64,000 nucleotides of DNA. It comes from Candidatus Cloacimonadales bacterium (GTDB lineage: Bacteria; Cloacimonadota; Cloacimonadia; Cloacimonadales; JAFGVF01). Each line of letters begins with the position of its first letter. Position 1 is the stretch's first letter. Where the stretch lies: assembly GCA_963663475.2 (NCBI GenBank), contig CAXXJV010000001.1, positions 1,056,001 to 1,120,000 of the forward strand, read 5' to 3'. Shown in pieces: positions 50,975 through 61,451 of this stretch. Below the pieces are notes generated by a model that saw only the letters and a program-made list of their open reading frames with translations, was not told the DNA's origin and did no database searches. The translations under genes were made by a program, and so were the position numbers.

Positions 50975-51499
50975 ATGTTAAGGATCTCACTTATGCTAAT
51001 AATTTTAGCATCTTCATTAGTAGTTAGTGGTAAAGAACCAAGCCCTGTTGATAATGTAGATCTTGTTCAATACCAAGGAAGATGGTATGAAATTGCAAAA
51101 CTACCCAATTGGTTTCAGAAAAAGTGTGTCAAAAACACTACAGCTTCTTATAAATTAAGAGAAGATGGTTATATCTCAGTAATTAATCGTTGTATAGAAG
51201 AGGATGGCCATGTTAACCAAGTTGAAGGTAAGGCTAGGATAGTAGATAAGCAAAGTAATGCCAAATTAGAAGTATCTTTTGCAAGGTTCTTATGGAAGAA
51301 CTGGTTTTGGGGTGACTATTGGGTGATTGGATTAGCTGATGATTATTCTTGGGCTATTGTGGGAGGACCTAACTATAAGTATGCCTGGATATTAGCAAGA
51401 GAAAAACGTTTAGACAATTCTACACTTGTTGAGATTTTTGATATTCTAGATCATCAAGGTTATAAAACTGATAAATTTGAATTTACTCTACAAGATTAG
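50975..51499 (+). CDS. blc: Bacterial lipocalin
   Basis: YQGRWYEIAKLP, GDYWVI, YAWILAR. Confidence 0.92.
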   Translation: MLRISLMLIILASSLVVSGKEPSPVDNVDLVQYQGRWYEIAKLPNWFQKKCVKNTTASYKLREDGYISVINRCIEEDGHVNQVEGKARIVDKQSNAKLEVSFARFLWKNWFWGDYWVIGLADDYSWAIVGGPNYKYAWILAREKRLDNSTLVEIFDILDHQGYKTDKFEFTLQD

Positions 51500-51582
51500 A
51501 TGGCTAAAGAAAATATATCTCTTGACATAATATGATATTTTTTGTTTATAATAATTAATATTTCTTAATTGAGAGGTTTTGA

Positions 51583-51834
51583 ATGTGGTTATTCTTTAAA
51601 TATGATTTCAGAGGTCTTAAGGAAGGCTTTAATAAAGCTGGGTGGATAGCTTTTTTTATTAGCATTTTAATACAAATAATATTATATATATTTCATAGTT
51701 TTAATTATGAATCTCCTAAACATGCTATAGCTTATAATATAGGTGGAGTAGTTATTAACGGACTAATAGTAGCACTTCTTGCTCATATAATTAGCTCAAT
51801 ATTTACAAAACCATATCCTGATAAAAAAAAGTAG
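51583..51834 (+). CDS. Small two-TM membrane protein
   Basis: GAGG RBS and two hydrophobic segments. Confidence 0.55.
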   Translation: MWLFFKYDFRGLKEGFNKAGWIAFFISILIQIILYIFHSFNYESPKHAIAYNIGGVVINGLIVALLAHIISSIFTKPYPDKKK

Positions 51835-51888
51835 TATGTTTAACTCGAGTGTTACCTTATATAAAATCTGTATGGGAGGTTATACAGC

Positions 51889-52155
51889 ATGAATACCTTA
51901 TTATTTTTCATTAAATTAGTTGGTGTGTATATATTATCACTAGGTTTGTTGCATCTTGCACATGGTTTACAAGTTATAAGCGGAATGATAAAATTCAAGT
52001 TCTTATTATTCATAGGAAACATGCTTTTTTCAATTAAACTTATTATGACCTTAATTGATAGTAGTAGCCCAATATACTCAATCGAAAATATAATCATTAT
52101 ATTATTTATAAGTATTATTTGGTTAATATATTTTGTTTATTATTATCGGCATTAA
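51889..52155 (+). CDS. Small hydrophobic membrane protein
   Basis: GGGAGG RBS and three hydrophobic segments. Confidence 0.5.
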   Translation: MNTLLFFIKLVGVYILSLGLLHLAHGLQVISGMIKFKFLLFIGNMLFSIKLIMTLIDSSSPIYSIENIIIILFISIIWLIYFVYYYRH

Positions 52156-52167
52156 GAGGAAGTAGCA

Positions 52168-54362
52168 CTAATCTAAATCAAAATTTACACATTGAGGAGA
52201 AGCTTGGAAAAATGATACTTGATCTTCATATCTTGAAGTTAATATATCAGGGTTTAATGTATTCATTAAGCCACTACTATCTTCAACAAAATCAGTACGC
52301 CTATTCACAAGCATATACTTCTGATGACCATATTCGTCTTCAAAAAATCCGATGTGAATGTAGCCATTATAGGTGTCTCTATCATTATTATTCCCAATAC
52401 TAGGAGTTTTTATTCCTCCAGTTGGGAAGTATTTATAGATACTATTATTAAGGGGTTTATCTTCACCTTCTTCCTGATTTTGACCAATAATATAGATTTC
52501 AGAATCTAGAGCTTGAATACCATTTGCTTTAATAGTAGTAGCATCTAGCCATGTTAAATCTTTAAGAATATTTCCATAGCTATATACTTTTTCATTGGCT
52601 TCTTTTATTGCATAGTATTGTGGTGTAATATGCCGTCCATTAGGATGAATGGAATCATTATCATCATCATTAACTAGGGCATACCAGCGATGACCATTAT
52701 CTTCAGGGTCATTATCATTAAATGTAGTATCTTTATAAAATGGAAAATCAATTATTCCATCAACCCCATAACAGAGAGGTAAATATTGCAAGCATTTAAT
52801 CATGTTAATTGTTGGATATTGATAGCCTACCCATTCATTATTTCGATTATCCCATTTACCAGCAGTACAAGGTACAACATAGAAAGGTCTATCTTCAGCT
52901 TTATGTTTTGCTCTTCTATAGTTTGCACAAGCCCACCAATCTATTAGGAATTGAACAAAATTATCATCATCAATATTATTCCAATTAGCGTCAGGTTTTA
53001 GTGGATAAAAATCTATCATTAAATCATCAGGTTGGGCTTGTTCTACAAATTGCCCTGGATGAAAATATCTAGTATTATTTGGTTTTTTCTCTTTAAAATT
53101 TATTGGCCAATTAGTTGTGATTATGTTATAATTATTAAGTCTTTCATCTATCAATTTATGAGAATCAAAGTGAGTAAACTTGGGCTCATCTACAGTATAG
53201 TGATTATGTACTGAGGAGTATTTATTTAATCTATTTTCTAAAGCATCAAGTGCCACGCCATCAACAATTTGCTTATGTACGTCATCTTCAAACTCAATAT
53301 AATCGATTCTAACATCATGATTACCTTCCCAGTATATGTATGGGGTTATGCCATTTAATCTTTTTCTGCTATGAAAGTTATATAGATATGATCTACTATC
53401 ATCATTGTCTCGACTATTAATTTCTCCATCCAACAAGCTAGATAATTCTAACTCTAAAGTTATCTTCCTAAAACCATCTTGTTGTTCAGGGTTGGCTATA
53501 GTTGTAATTGTTGGATCATTAAGCTCTGTGGCAGTATAAGTCAACATGGAACCATAATCATTATTCATTGTATTTCTAATCTCTTTAAAATACCACTCTT
53601 CATTATCGTTGGCATCAATGTTAAGTAACTTTAGACCAAATTTTAAAGCAGAAGAGGTGTCTGAACTAACCTTATAACAAACTGTCATATATAACTTATT
53701 GTACTGGATATAATTTAATTCATCACTACCATTAGAGAATTCAAATGCTTCCTTGTAAGGTAAATAATCAGCATTATCAATAAAATCTCCATCAACACCA
53801 TTTTTGTGATTTTTCCACCTATGCCTTAAATTATCAACAATAACATCTTCTGTCATTGTAGTAGGTGAACAAAACAGGAATCTTCTTCCGAATGCTTGAT
53901 TTATAGCCCCAATTCTATCAATATCAAAATGATAATGGTAAATGTCATTATTCTCTTCTATATGCCTATCACTTTCAGGAATATTGTTATCTTCTCTACT
54001 ATCAAACTCAGCTTCGAATTTTGCTATATACCCATGGAAAGATTTCTTGGGCTTATTTCATTTATCACACCATTGGAATAATTAGTATAATTATCATAAA
54101 GAATTGGAGTTAAATCGCATTGCTCCATTTTACTTAACATTGTACTCAAATCTCCCCATGGATACTGGGTAAGTTTTACCGGCGAACAAATTGATGAATT
54201 ATAGTTGGCTTCTTGCATTAAAGTGAACAATCTAGTATATGAAGTTTCTCCATAAGCTGGATGAATGTAGCCATAATTACCAATAAGGAAATCATCTCTA
54301 ATTGATGACCAACAACTTAAAACAAATATTGCAAGTGATACTGTTACAAATAACCTTTTCAT
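52168..54362 (-). pseudogene. Large secreted protein gene split by a single frameshift (~54025), possibly also 3'-truncated
   Basis: ORF 54362-54024 (signal peptide) continues in another frame as AKFEAEFDSREDNNIPESD...FCSPTT into ORF 53856-52168; the junction reads GGT ATA TA GCA; no CTD at the end. Confidence 0.75.
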
Positions 54363-54372
54363 TTTTTACTCC

Positions 54373-56004
54373 TTATTTTATTAAATTAAACTTACTAGAA
54401 GCCAAGACTTTATTGTTTTCTTTAATTTCAGCAATGTAACATCCTGATGGGACTTGAGGTATGCTAATTGTGTTATCTTTACTATTAATACTTGTTGAAT
54501 AAATTTTTTGACCTTTAATGTTGTAGATAATTAGCTGTGTACCCGAAATATCTCTACTTAAGGAACCTTTAATAGTGTACTTAATATCCATACTAGATTT
54601 AGAAGGATTCGGGTAGATATTTAATCTTATACCATGATTTTCTTCAACTTCTTGGTCACTATTAGCTACAGCCGTATCAGCTAAATCAGTTGATCCCTTG
54701 TAAATATATACCTGGCCATTAAATCCATCCTCTATAGATCCAGCACAATGAGGAGAAGAGATAGCAATATCATCCAATCCATCACCATCAAAATCTCCAA
54801 CTTTGACTTTATAGCCAAATTGGTGGCAAACAGTTGGGTATAGTAATCTAATATCACAATCACCATTCGGGGTTGCCCTACCAAACCAGACTCCAGCAGC
54901 TCCACTATTACTTGCATATTCCATATTAGAACCAACAAAATCACTATAACCATCACCATTAAAGTCTCCGTAGTCTATAGTGTACGACATAGGTCTAGAA
55001 GCGTCTAGTAAAGGTTGGTCATAATAAAATTGTTCTACATGAAGTTCATCTGACTCTAGTATCTCGTCAGCTCGTATGGCTAAGGCATAATAGTCGTTTG
55101 ACGCATTATTTGGTACTGGGAAAAGAAAATCATTTAATCCATCCCCATTAAAATCACCAATAGTCTTTGCCCCTTTAAACATGTATTCGGAATTAACATA
55201 GTGTTTGTAGTCAATAAAACTAGTTGTAAAATCTTCTCCTCCATAGAATATTCTTGTATGTTGATGTTCCGTACCATGTGCTTCATATCCATAACCAACT
55301 GAGAAATCAGCTATTCCATCATTGTTGATGTCTCCCATAGGTTCAATATTTGGAAAAAATAAAGTTGATTCCTCAGCCGGAATAATCTCCACAAGTTCTA
55401 GTGTATTACCAAGTAATATCTTTAAAGGATAACCAAAACCTTCATATTCTAAAGGCTCATGGCACTCTAGTGCGATATCATCATATCCATCATTGTTTAC
55501 ATCACCTAAACAGCTTCTAATGCTGTACCAATCATAGTCATTATCACTATATGAAAATACTTGATCAACTTCAAGGTCAGGATTAGGCCCACCAAAGTAG
55601 TAGCGAATTTCATATTCTCTTGATGGTCTTATACCATCACTATTCATTAATCCATGATTGATGAAATCATCGTAGCCATCACCATTAACATCTCCGCAGT
55701 AGTAGACTCCATAAGCTAAACTTCCAAGATATTCTCCTTCAATTACCATATCAGGTTCATTACCAAAGTCATCACCACCAAAATAGATGTTTAAAGCTCC
55801 GTAGTATTCATCTTGATTTCCCCCATGAGAAACAATTAAATCGTCAATACCGTCAGCATTAAAGTCTAAGACTGTCATGTTTCTACCAAACCAGGATGGA
55901 GCCCACTCTCCACTAAGGGTTATCCAAGGTTCTAGGTCGTTGTCTGCGTATAGTTGTAGAATTGCGGTCAGCAACAATAGAATTAATAGTACAAATTTTC
56001 TCAT
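54373..56004 (-). CDS. FG-GAP (integrin-alpha-like beta-propeller) T9SS-secreted protein, copy 1
   Basis: Repeated GD(V/F)NGDG.DD motifs, signal peptide, IYPNP CTD. Confidence 0.9.
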   Translation of the reverse strand: MRKFVLLILLLLTAILQLYADNDLEPWITLSGEWAPSWFGRNMTVLDFNADGIDDLIVSHGGNQDEYYGALNIYFGGDDFGNEPDMVIEGEYLGSLAYGVYYCGDVNGDGYDDFINHGLMNSDGIRPSREYEIRYYFGGPNPDLEVDQVFSYSDNDYDWYSIRSCLGDVNNDGYDDIALECHEPLEYEGFGYPLKILLGNTLELVEIIPAEESTLFFPNIEPMGDINNDGIADFSVGYGYEAHGTEHQHTRIFYGGEDFTTSFIDYKHYVNSEYMFKGAKTIGDFNGDGLNDFLFPVPNNASNDYYALAIRADEILESDELHVEQFYYDQPLLDASRPMSYTIDYGDFNGDGYSDFVGSNMEYASNSGAAGVWFGRATPNGDCDIRLLYPTVCHQFGYKVKVGDFDGDGLDDIAISSPHCAGSIEDGFNGQVYIYKGSTDLADTAVANSDQEVEENHGIRLNIYPNPSKSSMDIKYTIKGSLSRDISGTQLIIYNIKGQKIYSTSINSKDNTISIPQVPSGCYIAEIKENNKVLASSKFNLIK

Positions 56005-56153
56005 AGATAATCCTTATTTTTTAGTTAAAAACTTACTAATTGGCAAAATCTCATCTTCTGTTAAATTTCTGTAAACAAAATCCTAGTAAATATGCTAAAG
56101 ATATTTAAGCCGTATGTTCTAGTAATACAAATAACCTTTTCATTTTTTACTCC

Positions 56154-57785
56154 TTATTTTATTAAATTAAACTTACTAGAAGCCAAGACTTTATTGTTTT
56201 CTTTAATTTCAGCAATGTAACATCCTGATGGGACTTGAGGTATGCTAATTGTGTTATCTTTACTATTAATACTTGTTGAATAAATTTTTTGACCTTTAAT
56301 GTTGTAGATAATTAGCTGTGTACCCGAAATATCTCTACTTAAGGAACCTTTAATAGTGTACTTAATATCCATACTAGATTTAGAAGGATTCGGGTAGATA
56401 TTTAATCTTATACCATGATTTTCTTCAACTTCTTGGTCACTATTAGCTACAGCCGTATCAGCTAAATCAACTGATCCTTTATAAATATAAACTTCTCCAT
56501 TAAATCCATCTTCTAAAGAACCTGCTCGGTGAGGAGAAGAGATAGCAATATCATCAAATCCATCACCATTAAAATCTCCAACTTTAACTTTGTAGCCAAA
56601 TTGATGAACTACAGTTGGACTATTTAATCTAATATCACAATCTCCGTTTGGGGTTGCCCTGCCAAACCAGATTCGGGCAGCTCCATCATCTATAGCATAT
56701 TCCATATTAGAACCAACAAAATCACTAAAACCATCACCATTAAAGTCTCCGTAACCTATAGTGTAGGACATAGGTCTAGAAGCGTCTAGTAAAGGTTGGT
56801 CATAATAAAATTGTTCTACATGAAGTTCATCTGAATCTAATATATCTTCAGCTCGTATTGCTAAGGAAAAATAGTCGTTAGAAGCATTACTTGGGCTAGG
56901 GAAGAGAAAATCATTTAATCCATCACCATTAAAATCACCAATAGTCTTTGCCCCTTTAAACATGTATTCGGAATTAACATAGTGTTTGTAGTCAATAAAA
57001 CTAGTTGTAAAATCTTCTCCTCCATAGAATATTCTTGTATGTTGATGTTCCGTACCATGTGCTTCATATCCATAACCAACTGAGAAATCAGCTATTCCAT
57101 CATTGTTGATGTCTCCCATAGGTTCAATATTTGGAAAAAATAAAGTTGATTCCTCAGCCGGAATAATCTCCACAAGTTCTAGTGTATTACCAAGTAATAT
57201 CTTTAAAGGATAACCAAAACCTTCATATTCTAAAGGCTCATGGCACTCTAGTGCGATATCATCATATCCATCATTGTTTACATCACCTAAACAGCTTCTA
57301 ATGCTGTACCAATCATAGTCATTATCACTATATGAAAATACTTGATCAACTTCAAGGTCAGGATTAGGCCCACCAAAGTAGTAGCGAATTTCATATTCTC
57401 TTGATGGTCTTATACCATCACTATTCATTAATCCATGATTGATGAAATCATCGTAGCCATCACCATTAACATCTCCGCAGTAGTAGACTCCATAAGCTAA
57501 ACTTCCAAGATATTCTCCTTCAATTACCATATCAGGTTCATTACCAAAGTCATCACCACCAAAATAGATGTTTAAAGCTCCGTAGTATTCATCTTGATTT
57601 CCCCCATGAGAAACAATTAAATCGTCAATACCGTCAGCATTAAAGTCTAAGACTGTCATGTTTCTACCAAACCAGGATGGAGCCCACTCTCCACTAAGGG
57701 TTATCCAAGGTTCTAGGTCGTTGTCTGCGTATAGTTGTAGAATTGCGGTCAGCAACAATAGAATTAATAGTACAAATTTTCTCAT
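56154..57785 (-). CDS. FG-GAP T9SS-secreted protein, copy 2
   Basis: Same architecture; N-terminal half identical to copy 1. Confidence 0.9.
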   Translation of the reverse strand: MRKFVLLILLLLTAILQLYADNDLEPWITLSGEWAPSWFGRNMTVLDFNADGIDDLIVSHGGNQDEYYGALNIYFGGDDFGNEPDMVIEGEYLGSLAYGVYYCGDVNGDGYDDFINHGLMNSDGIRPSREYEIRYYFGGPNPDLEVDQVFSYSDNDYDWYSIRSCLGDVNNDGYDDIALECHEPLEYEGFGYPLKILLGNTLELVEIIPAEESTLFFPNIEPMGDINNDGIADFSVGYGYEAHGTEHQHTRIFYGGEDFTTSFIDYKHYVNSEYMFKGAKTIGDFNGDGLNDFLFPSPSNASNDYFSLAIRAEDILDSDELHVEQFYYDQPLLDASRPMSYTIGYGDFNGDGFSDFVGSNMEYAIDDGAARIWFGRATPNGDCDIRLNSPTVVHQFGYKVKVGDFNGDGFDDIAISSPHRAGSLEDGFNGEVYIYKGSVDLADTAVANSDQEVEENHGIRLNIYPNPSKSSMDIKYTIKGSLSRDISGTQLIIYNIKGQKIYSTSINSKDNTISIPQVPSGCYIAEIKENNKVLASSKFNLIK

Positions 57786-57934
57786 AGATAATCCTTATTT
57801 TTTAGTTAAAAACTTACTAATTGGCAAAATCTCATCTTCTGTTAAATTTCTGTAAACAAAATCCTAGTAAATATGCTAAAGATATTTAAGCCGTATGTTC
57901 TAGTAATACAAATAACCTTTTCATTTTTTACTCC

Positions 57935-59551
57935 TTATTTTATTAAATTAAACTTACTAGAAGCCAAGACTTTATTGTTTTCTTTAATTTCAGCAATGTA
58001 ACATCCTGATGGGACTTGAGGTATGCTAATTGTGTTATCTTTACTATTAATACTTGTTGAATAAATTTTTTGACCTTTAATGTTGTAGATAATTAGCTGT
58101 GTACCCGAAATATCTCTACTTAAGGAACCTTTAATAGTGTACTTAATATCCATACTAGATTTAGAAGGATTCGGGTAGATATTTAATCTTATACCATGAT
58201 TTTCTTCAACTTCTTGGTCACTATTAGCTACAGCCGTATCAGCTAAATCAACTGATCCCTTGTAAATATATACCTGGCCATTAAATCCATCCTCTATAGA
58301 TCCAGCACAATGAGGAGAAGAGATAGCAATATCATCCAATCCATCACCATCAAAATCTCCAACTTTGACTTTATAGCCAAATTGGTGGCAAACAGTTGGG
58401 TATAGTAATCTAATATCACAATCACCATTCGGGGTTGCCCTACCAAACCATATTCCAGCAGCACCATTATCAATAGCATATTCCATATTAGAACCAACAA
58501 AATCACTATAACCATCACCATTAAAGTCTCCGTAGTCTATAGTGTACGACATAGGTCTAGAAGCGTCTAGTAAAGGTTGGTCATAATAAAATTGTTCTAC
58601 ATGAAGTTCATCTGACTCTAGTATCTCGTCAGCTCGTATGGCTAAGGCATAATAGTCGTTTGACGCATTATTTGGTACTGGAAAAAGAAAATCATTTAAT
58701 CCATCCCCATTAAAATCACCAATAGTCTTTGCCCCTTTAAACATGTATTCGGAATTAACATAGTGTTTGTAGTCAATAAAACTAGTTGTAAAATCTTCTC
58801 CTCCATAGAATATTCTTGTATGTTGATGTTCCGTACCATGTGCTTCATATCCATAACCAACTGAGAAATCAGCTATACCATCATTGTTGATATCTCCCAT
58901 AGGTTCAATATTAGGGAAAAAAAGAGTTGACTCTTCAGCAGGAATAATTTCCACAAGTTCAAGCGTATTACCAAGTAATATCTTTAAAGGATAACCATTA
59001 CCCTCAAATCTTTTAAGCCCAATATCATCATAACCATCATTATTAACATCTCCTAAACAGGTTCTTATCCCATACCAATCTTGATCATTATCACTATATG
59101 AAAATTCTTGATCAACTTCAATATCAGGATTGGGTCCACCGAAGTAGTAGCGGATTTCATATTCTCTTGGTTGTCTAGTATCTTCGCTATAAACTAAACC
59201 ATGATTTATGAAATCATCATAGCCATCACCATTGACATCTCCACAGTAGTAGACTCCATAAGCTAAACTACCGAGATATTCCCCCTCAATTACCATATCA
59301 GGTTCATCTCCAAAGTTATCACCTCCAAAATAGATGTTTAACGCTCCAAAGTACTCACCTTCATTCCCTCCGTGTGAAAGAATTAAATCATCAATACCAT
59401 CAGCGTTAAAGTCTAAGACTGTCATGTTTCTACCAAACCAAGATGGAGCCCACTCTCCACTAAGGGTAATCCAAGGTTCTAGATCGTTGTCTGCGTATAG
59501 TTGTAGAATTGCGGTCAGCAACAATAGAAATGATAGTGCATTTTTTTTCAT
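57935..59551 (-). CDS. FG-GAP T9SS-secreted protein, copy 3
   Basis: Same architecture; C-terminal half nearly identical to copy 1. Confidence 0.9.
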   Translation of the reverse strand: MKKNALSFLLLLTAILQLYADNDLEPWITLSGEWAPSWFGRNMTVLDFNADGIDDLILSHGGNEGEYFGALNIYFGGDNFGDEPDMVIEGEYLGSLAYGVYYCGDVNGDGYDDFINHGLVYSEDTRQPREYEIRYYFGGPNPDIEVDQEFSYSDNDQDWYGIRTCLGDVNNDGYDDIGLKRFEGNGYPLKILLGNTLELVEIIPAEESTLFFPNIEPMGDINNDGIADFSVGYGYEAHGTEHQHTRIFYGGEDFTTSFIDYKHYVNSEYMFKGAKTIGDFNGDGLNDFLFPVPNNASNDYYALAIRADEILESDELHVEQFYYDQPLLDASRPMSYTIDYGDFNGDGYSDFVGSNMEYAIDNGAAGIWFGRATPNGDCDIRLLYPTVCHQFGYKVKVGDFDGDGLDDIAISSPHCAGSIEDGFNGQVYIYKGSVDLADTAVANSDQEVEENHGIRLNIYPNPSKSSMDIKYTIKGSLSRDISGTQLIIYNIKGQKIYSTSINSKDNTISIPQVPSGCYIAEIKENNKVLASSKFNLIK

Positions 59552-59695
59552 AGATACTCCTTATTTTTAAGTTAAAAACTTACTAATTGGCAAAATCTCA
59601 TCTTCTGTTAAATTTATGTAAACAAAATCCTAGTAAATATGCTAAAGATATTTAAGCAGTATGTTTTAGTAATGTCAAGTAATTTTTAGTAATTT

Positions 59696-60598
59696 TTGGC
59701 ATACCCCCATTTTTTTTAAGAAAAATTGATCCTCAGCTGTAACTTGTCATGATATTCACCTTTGCAGGGTAAAATCTTGTTAAGTTTTGTATTGCTGAAT
59801 ATATGTTTTATGACTCTGCTAAGCTTATAATATACATATTTATATGTCTGTTCTTTTAAATTTCCAAATTCTGGGTATAAGTATAGTAGTTGATCTAAAT
59901 ATTTTATAGCAGAGTATATTATATCAACTGCGACCATCAGGATTGTATTTAAATTTTTTAATCCTACATAACTCATTAACTGGATATTTTCCTAGTTAAA
60001 CTCTTGTTTTACATGTCTATGAAATTCCTCAATTTTCCATCTGTACCCATATCTTCTTAATGCTTTTTCAATTATCTCATAGTCTGTTAAGTCTTTGGTA
60101 TTAAAGTTACATAGCAAATAGAATAAACCCCCTTTTTTACCATGTCGAGCAACTACTAGATGAGTCTCTACTGTATCTGACTTTTTAGTTTTATGAGGAT
60201 TTGTTCTTATTTTTACCCTTTTAACTCCACACATATAAATCTTATTTTTGGAAGTTTTAAACTTGTGTTTTCTCTTTGCAATTTTATTATATTCTTTTTT
60301 TTTAATCCATTGTTTAAAGTGCTCCTTTTGTTTTTATTTTTGGATAATCTAATTATATTTAGGGGCACTTTTTAGCAATATTTTTTTTAGTTATTTTATT
60401 ATATATCATTTACTTACAATTCATTAAAAAGTGGCTTAATATTAGAGCCGTGTGGCTTGTTTAATTAAAATTTTAACTAAAAAGTGGTTTTAATATAGAT
60501 GTCTCTCAAAACTGCTTAAACTTGACATTAATCAACTTTAAACAGTTATTATAATGCATCTTCAGATAGATGTTTGCAGTTTTTTGGGGGTATGCCTG
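59696..60598 (-). mobile_element. Degenerate, internally deleted IS4-family element
   Basis: YREK signature YGYRWKIEEFHRHVK; an in-frame TAG at 59992-59994 separates the two ORF-track pieces; terminal inverted repeats GGCATACCCCCA (59698-59709) and TGGGGGTATGCC (60585-60596). Confidence 0.8.
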
Positions 60599-60674
60599 CA
60601 AAAGAAATATTTCTCTTGACATATTTCTTTCCCTTTCAATAATTAGGTAAATAAAAATATAAAGAAGGTGTAAG

Positions 60675-61148
60675 ATGAAAAAGATTCTTATTTTTGTTGT
60701 AGCAGTTTTATTTACATTAACTATAAATGCAAATCCAGATACTAATAATGAGTTTACAGGCTCTTTAACTATTCTCACTCAATATATGGATGGTTATCAT
60801 AATGTCCAATTAAAATGGGAAGATAACTCAGTTTCTAACGACTATTATGCTTATATCATCACAGAAGGTAACTCTGATAATGAAGAGAATCATGTTGTAA
60901 AGGGTTATACTAGAAGCAATTCTTTTGCTATCTTTAATGTACCTAACCTAGCCAACATCTCACCTCAATATAATGTTTATAAAATGAACTTTAATCAAGA
61001 GGTTCAACTAGATGACATTATTACAAATGATAGTGATAATCAATTTAGAGTAGCACTTACTTGGTCTCAAATCAAAGAACTTCTTAAGAAGAAAAGTAAC
61101 AATATCTGGAAGATTAGAAGAAATAATATTCCTACAAGTATGCAATAA
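60675..61148 (+). CDS. Secreted hypothetical protein
   Basis: Signal peptide MKKILIFVVAVLFTLTINA; followed by terminator GGAGGCTG-gaaa-CAGTCTC-T9. Confidence 0.7.
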   Translation: MKKILIFVVAVLFTLTINANPDTNNEFTGSLTILTQYMDGYHNVQLKWEDNSVSNDYYAYIITEGNSDNEENHVVKGYTRSNSFAIFNVPNLANISPQYNVYKMNFNQEVQLDDIITNDSDNQFRVALTWSQIKELLKKKSNNIWKIRRNNIPTSMQ

Positions 61149-61286
61149 ATTATTGCCTTAAATAAATTTTAGGAGGCTGGAAACAGTCTCTTTTTTTTAT
61201 TGTCTTAAATATGGAGAAACTTGACCTTAGCACCAATGGAGTAATTCTCAGAGACTAATTTCTTAAGTTGTTAATGTAGTGCTTTA

Positions 61287-61448
61287 ACCCAAATAATGCA
61301 GTAGACCTTTGTGAATAGCACTATATTCTTCTGCAAAAGTAACTTCCATAATTTCTCCGAATATATAAAATATATGCGTCAAAATTCTGTAAGCTATTTT
61401 GCTAGAATAATCTGCACTCTTCACTAAAGCTCTACTACACTATCTGGT
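61287..61448. mobile_element. ACCC-ended palindromic MITE-like repeat, copy 3
   Basis: Flanked by TTA/TTA and directly followed by another left end at 61452. Confidence 0.75.
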
Positions 61449-61451
61449 TTA

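Larger units (their letters stand above)
54345..59672 (-). repeat. Triple tandem amplification, 1781-bp unit
   Basis: Unit boundaries 54345/56126/57907; identical 149-bp intergenic spacers; the third unit is 15 bp shorter. Confidence 0.93.

Noticed and set aside
2038..60778. Many short ORFs antisense to or nested in long genes (e.g. 2038-2337, 22513-23118, 41759-42349)
   Set aside because: They are shadow ORFs of well-supported genes, with no independent motifs.
61205..61268. Weak similarity to the reverse complement of 8691-8757 (TTAAATAT...AATTTCTTAA)
   Set aside because: Only short AT-rich ends match; I cannot support another repeat family without an alignment.
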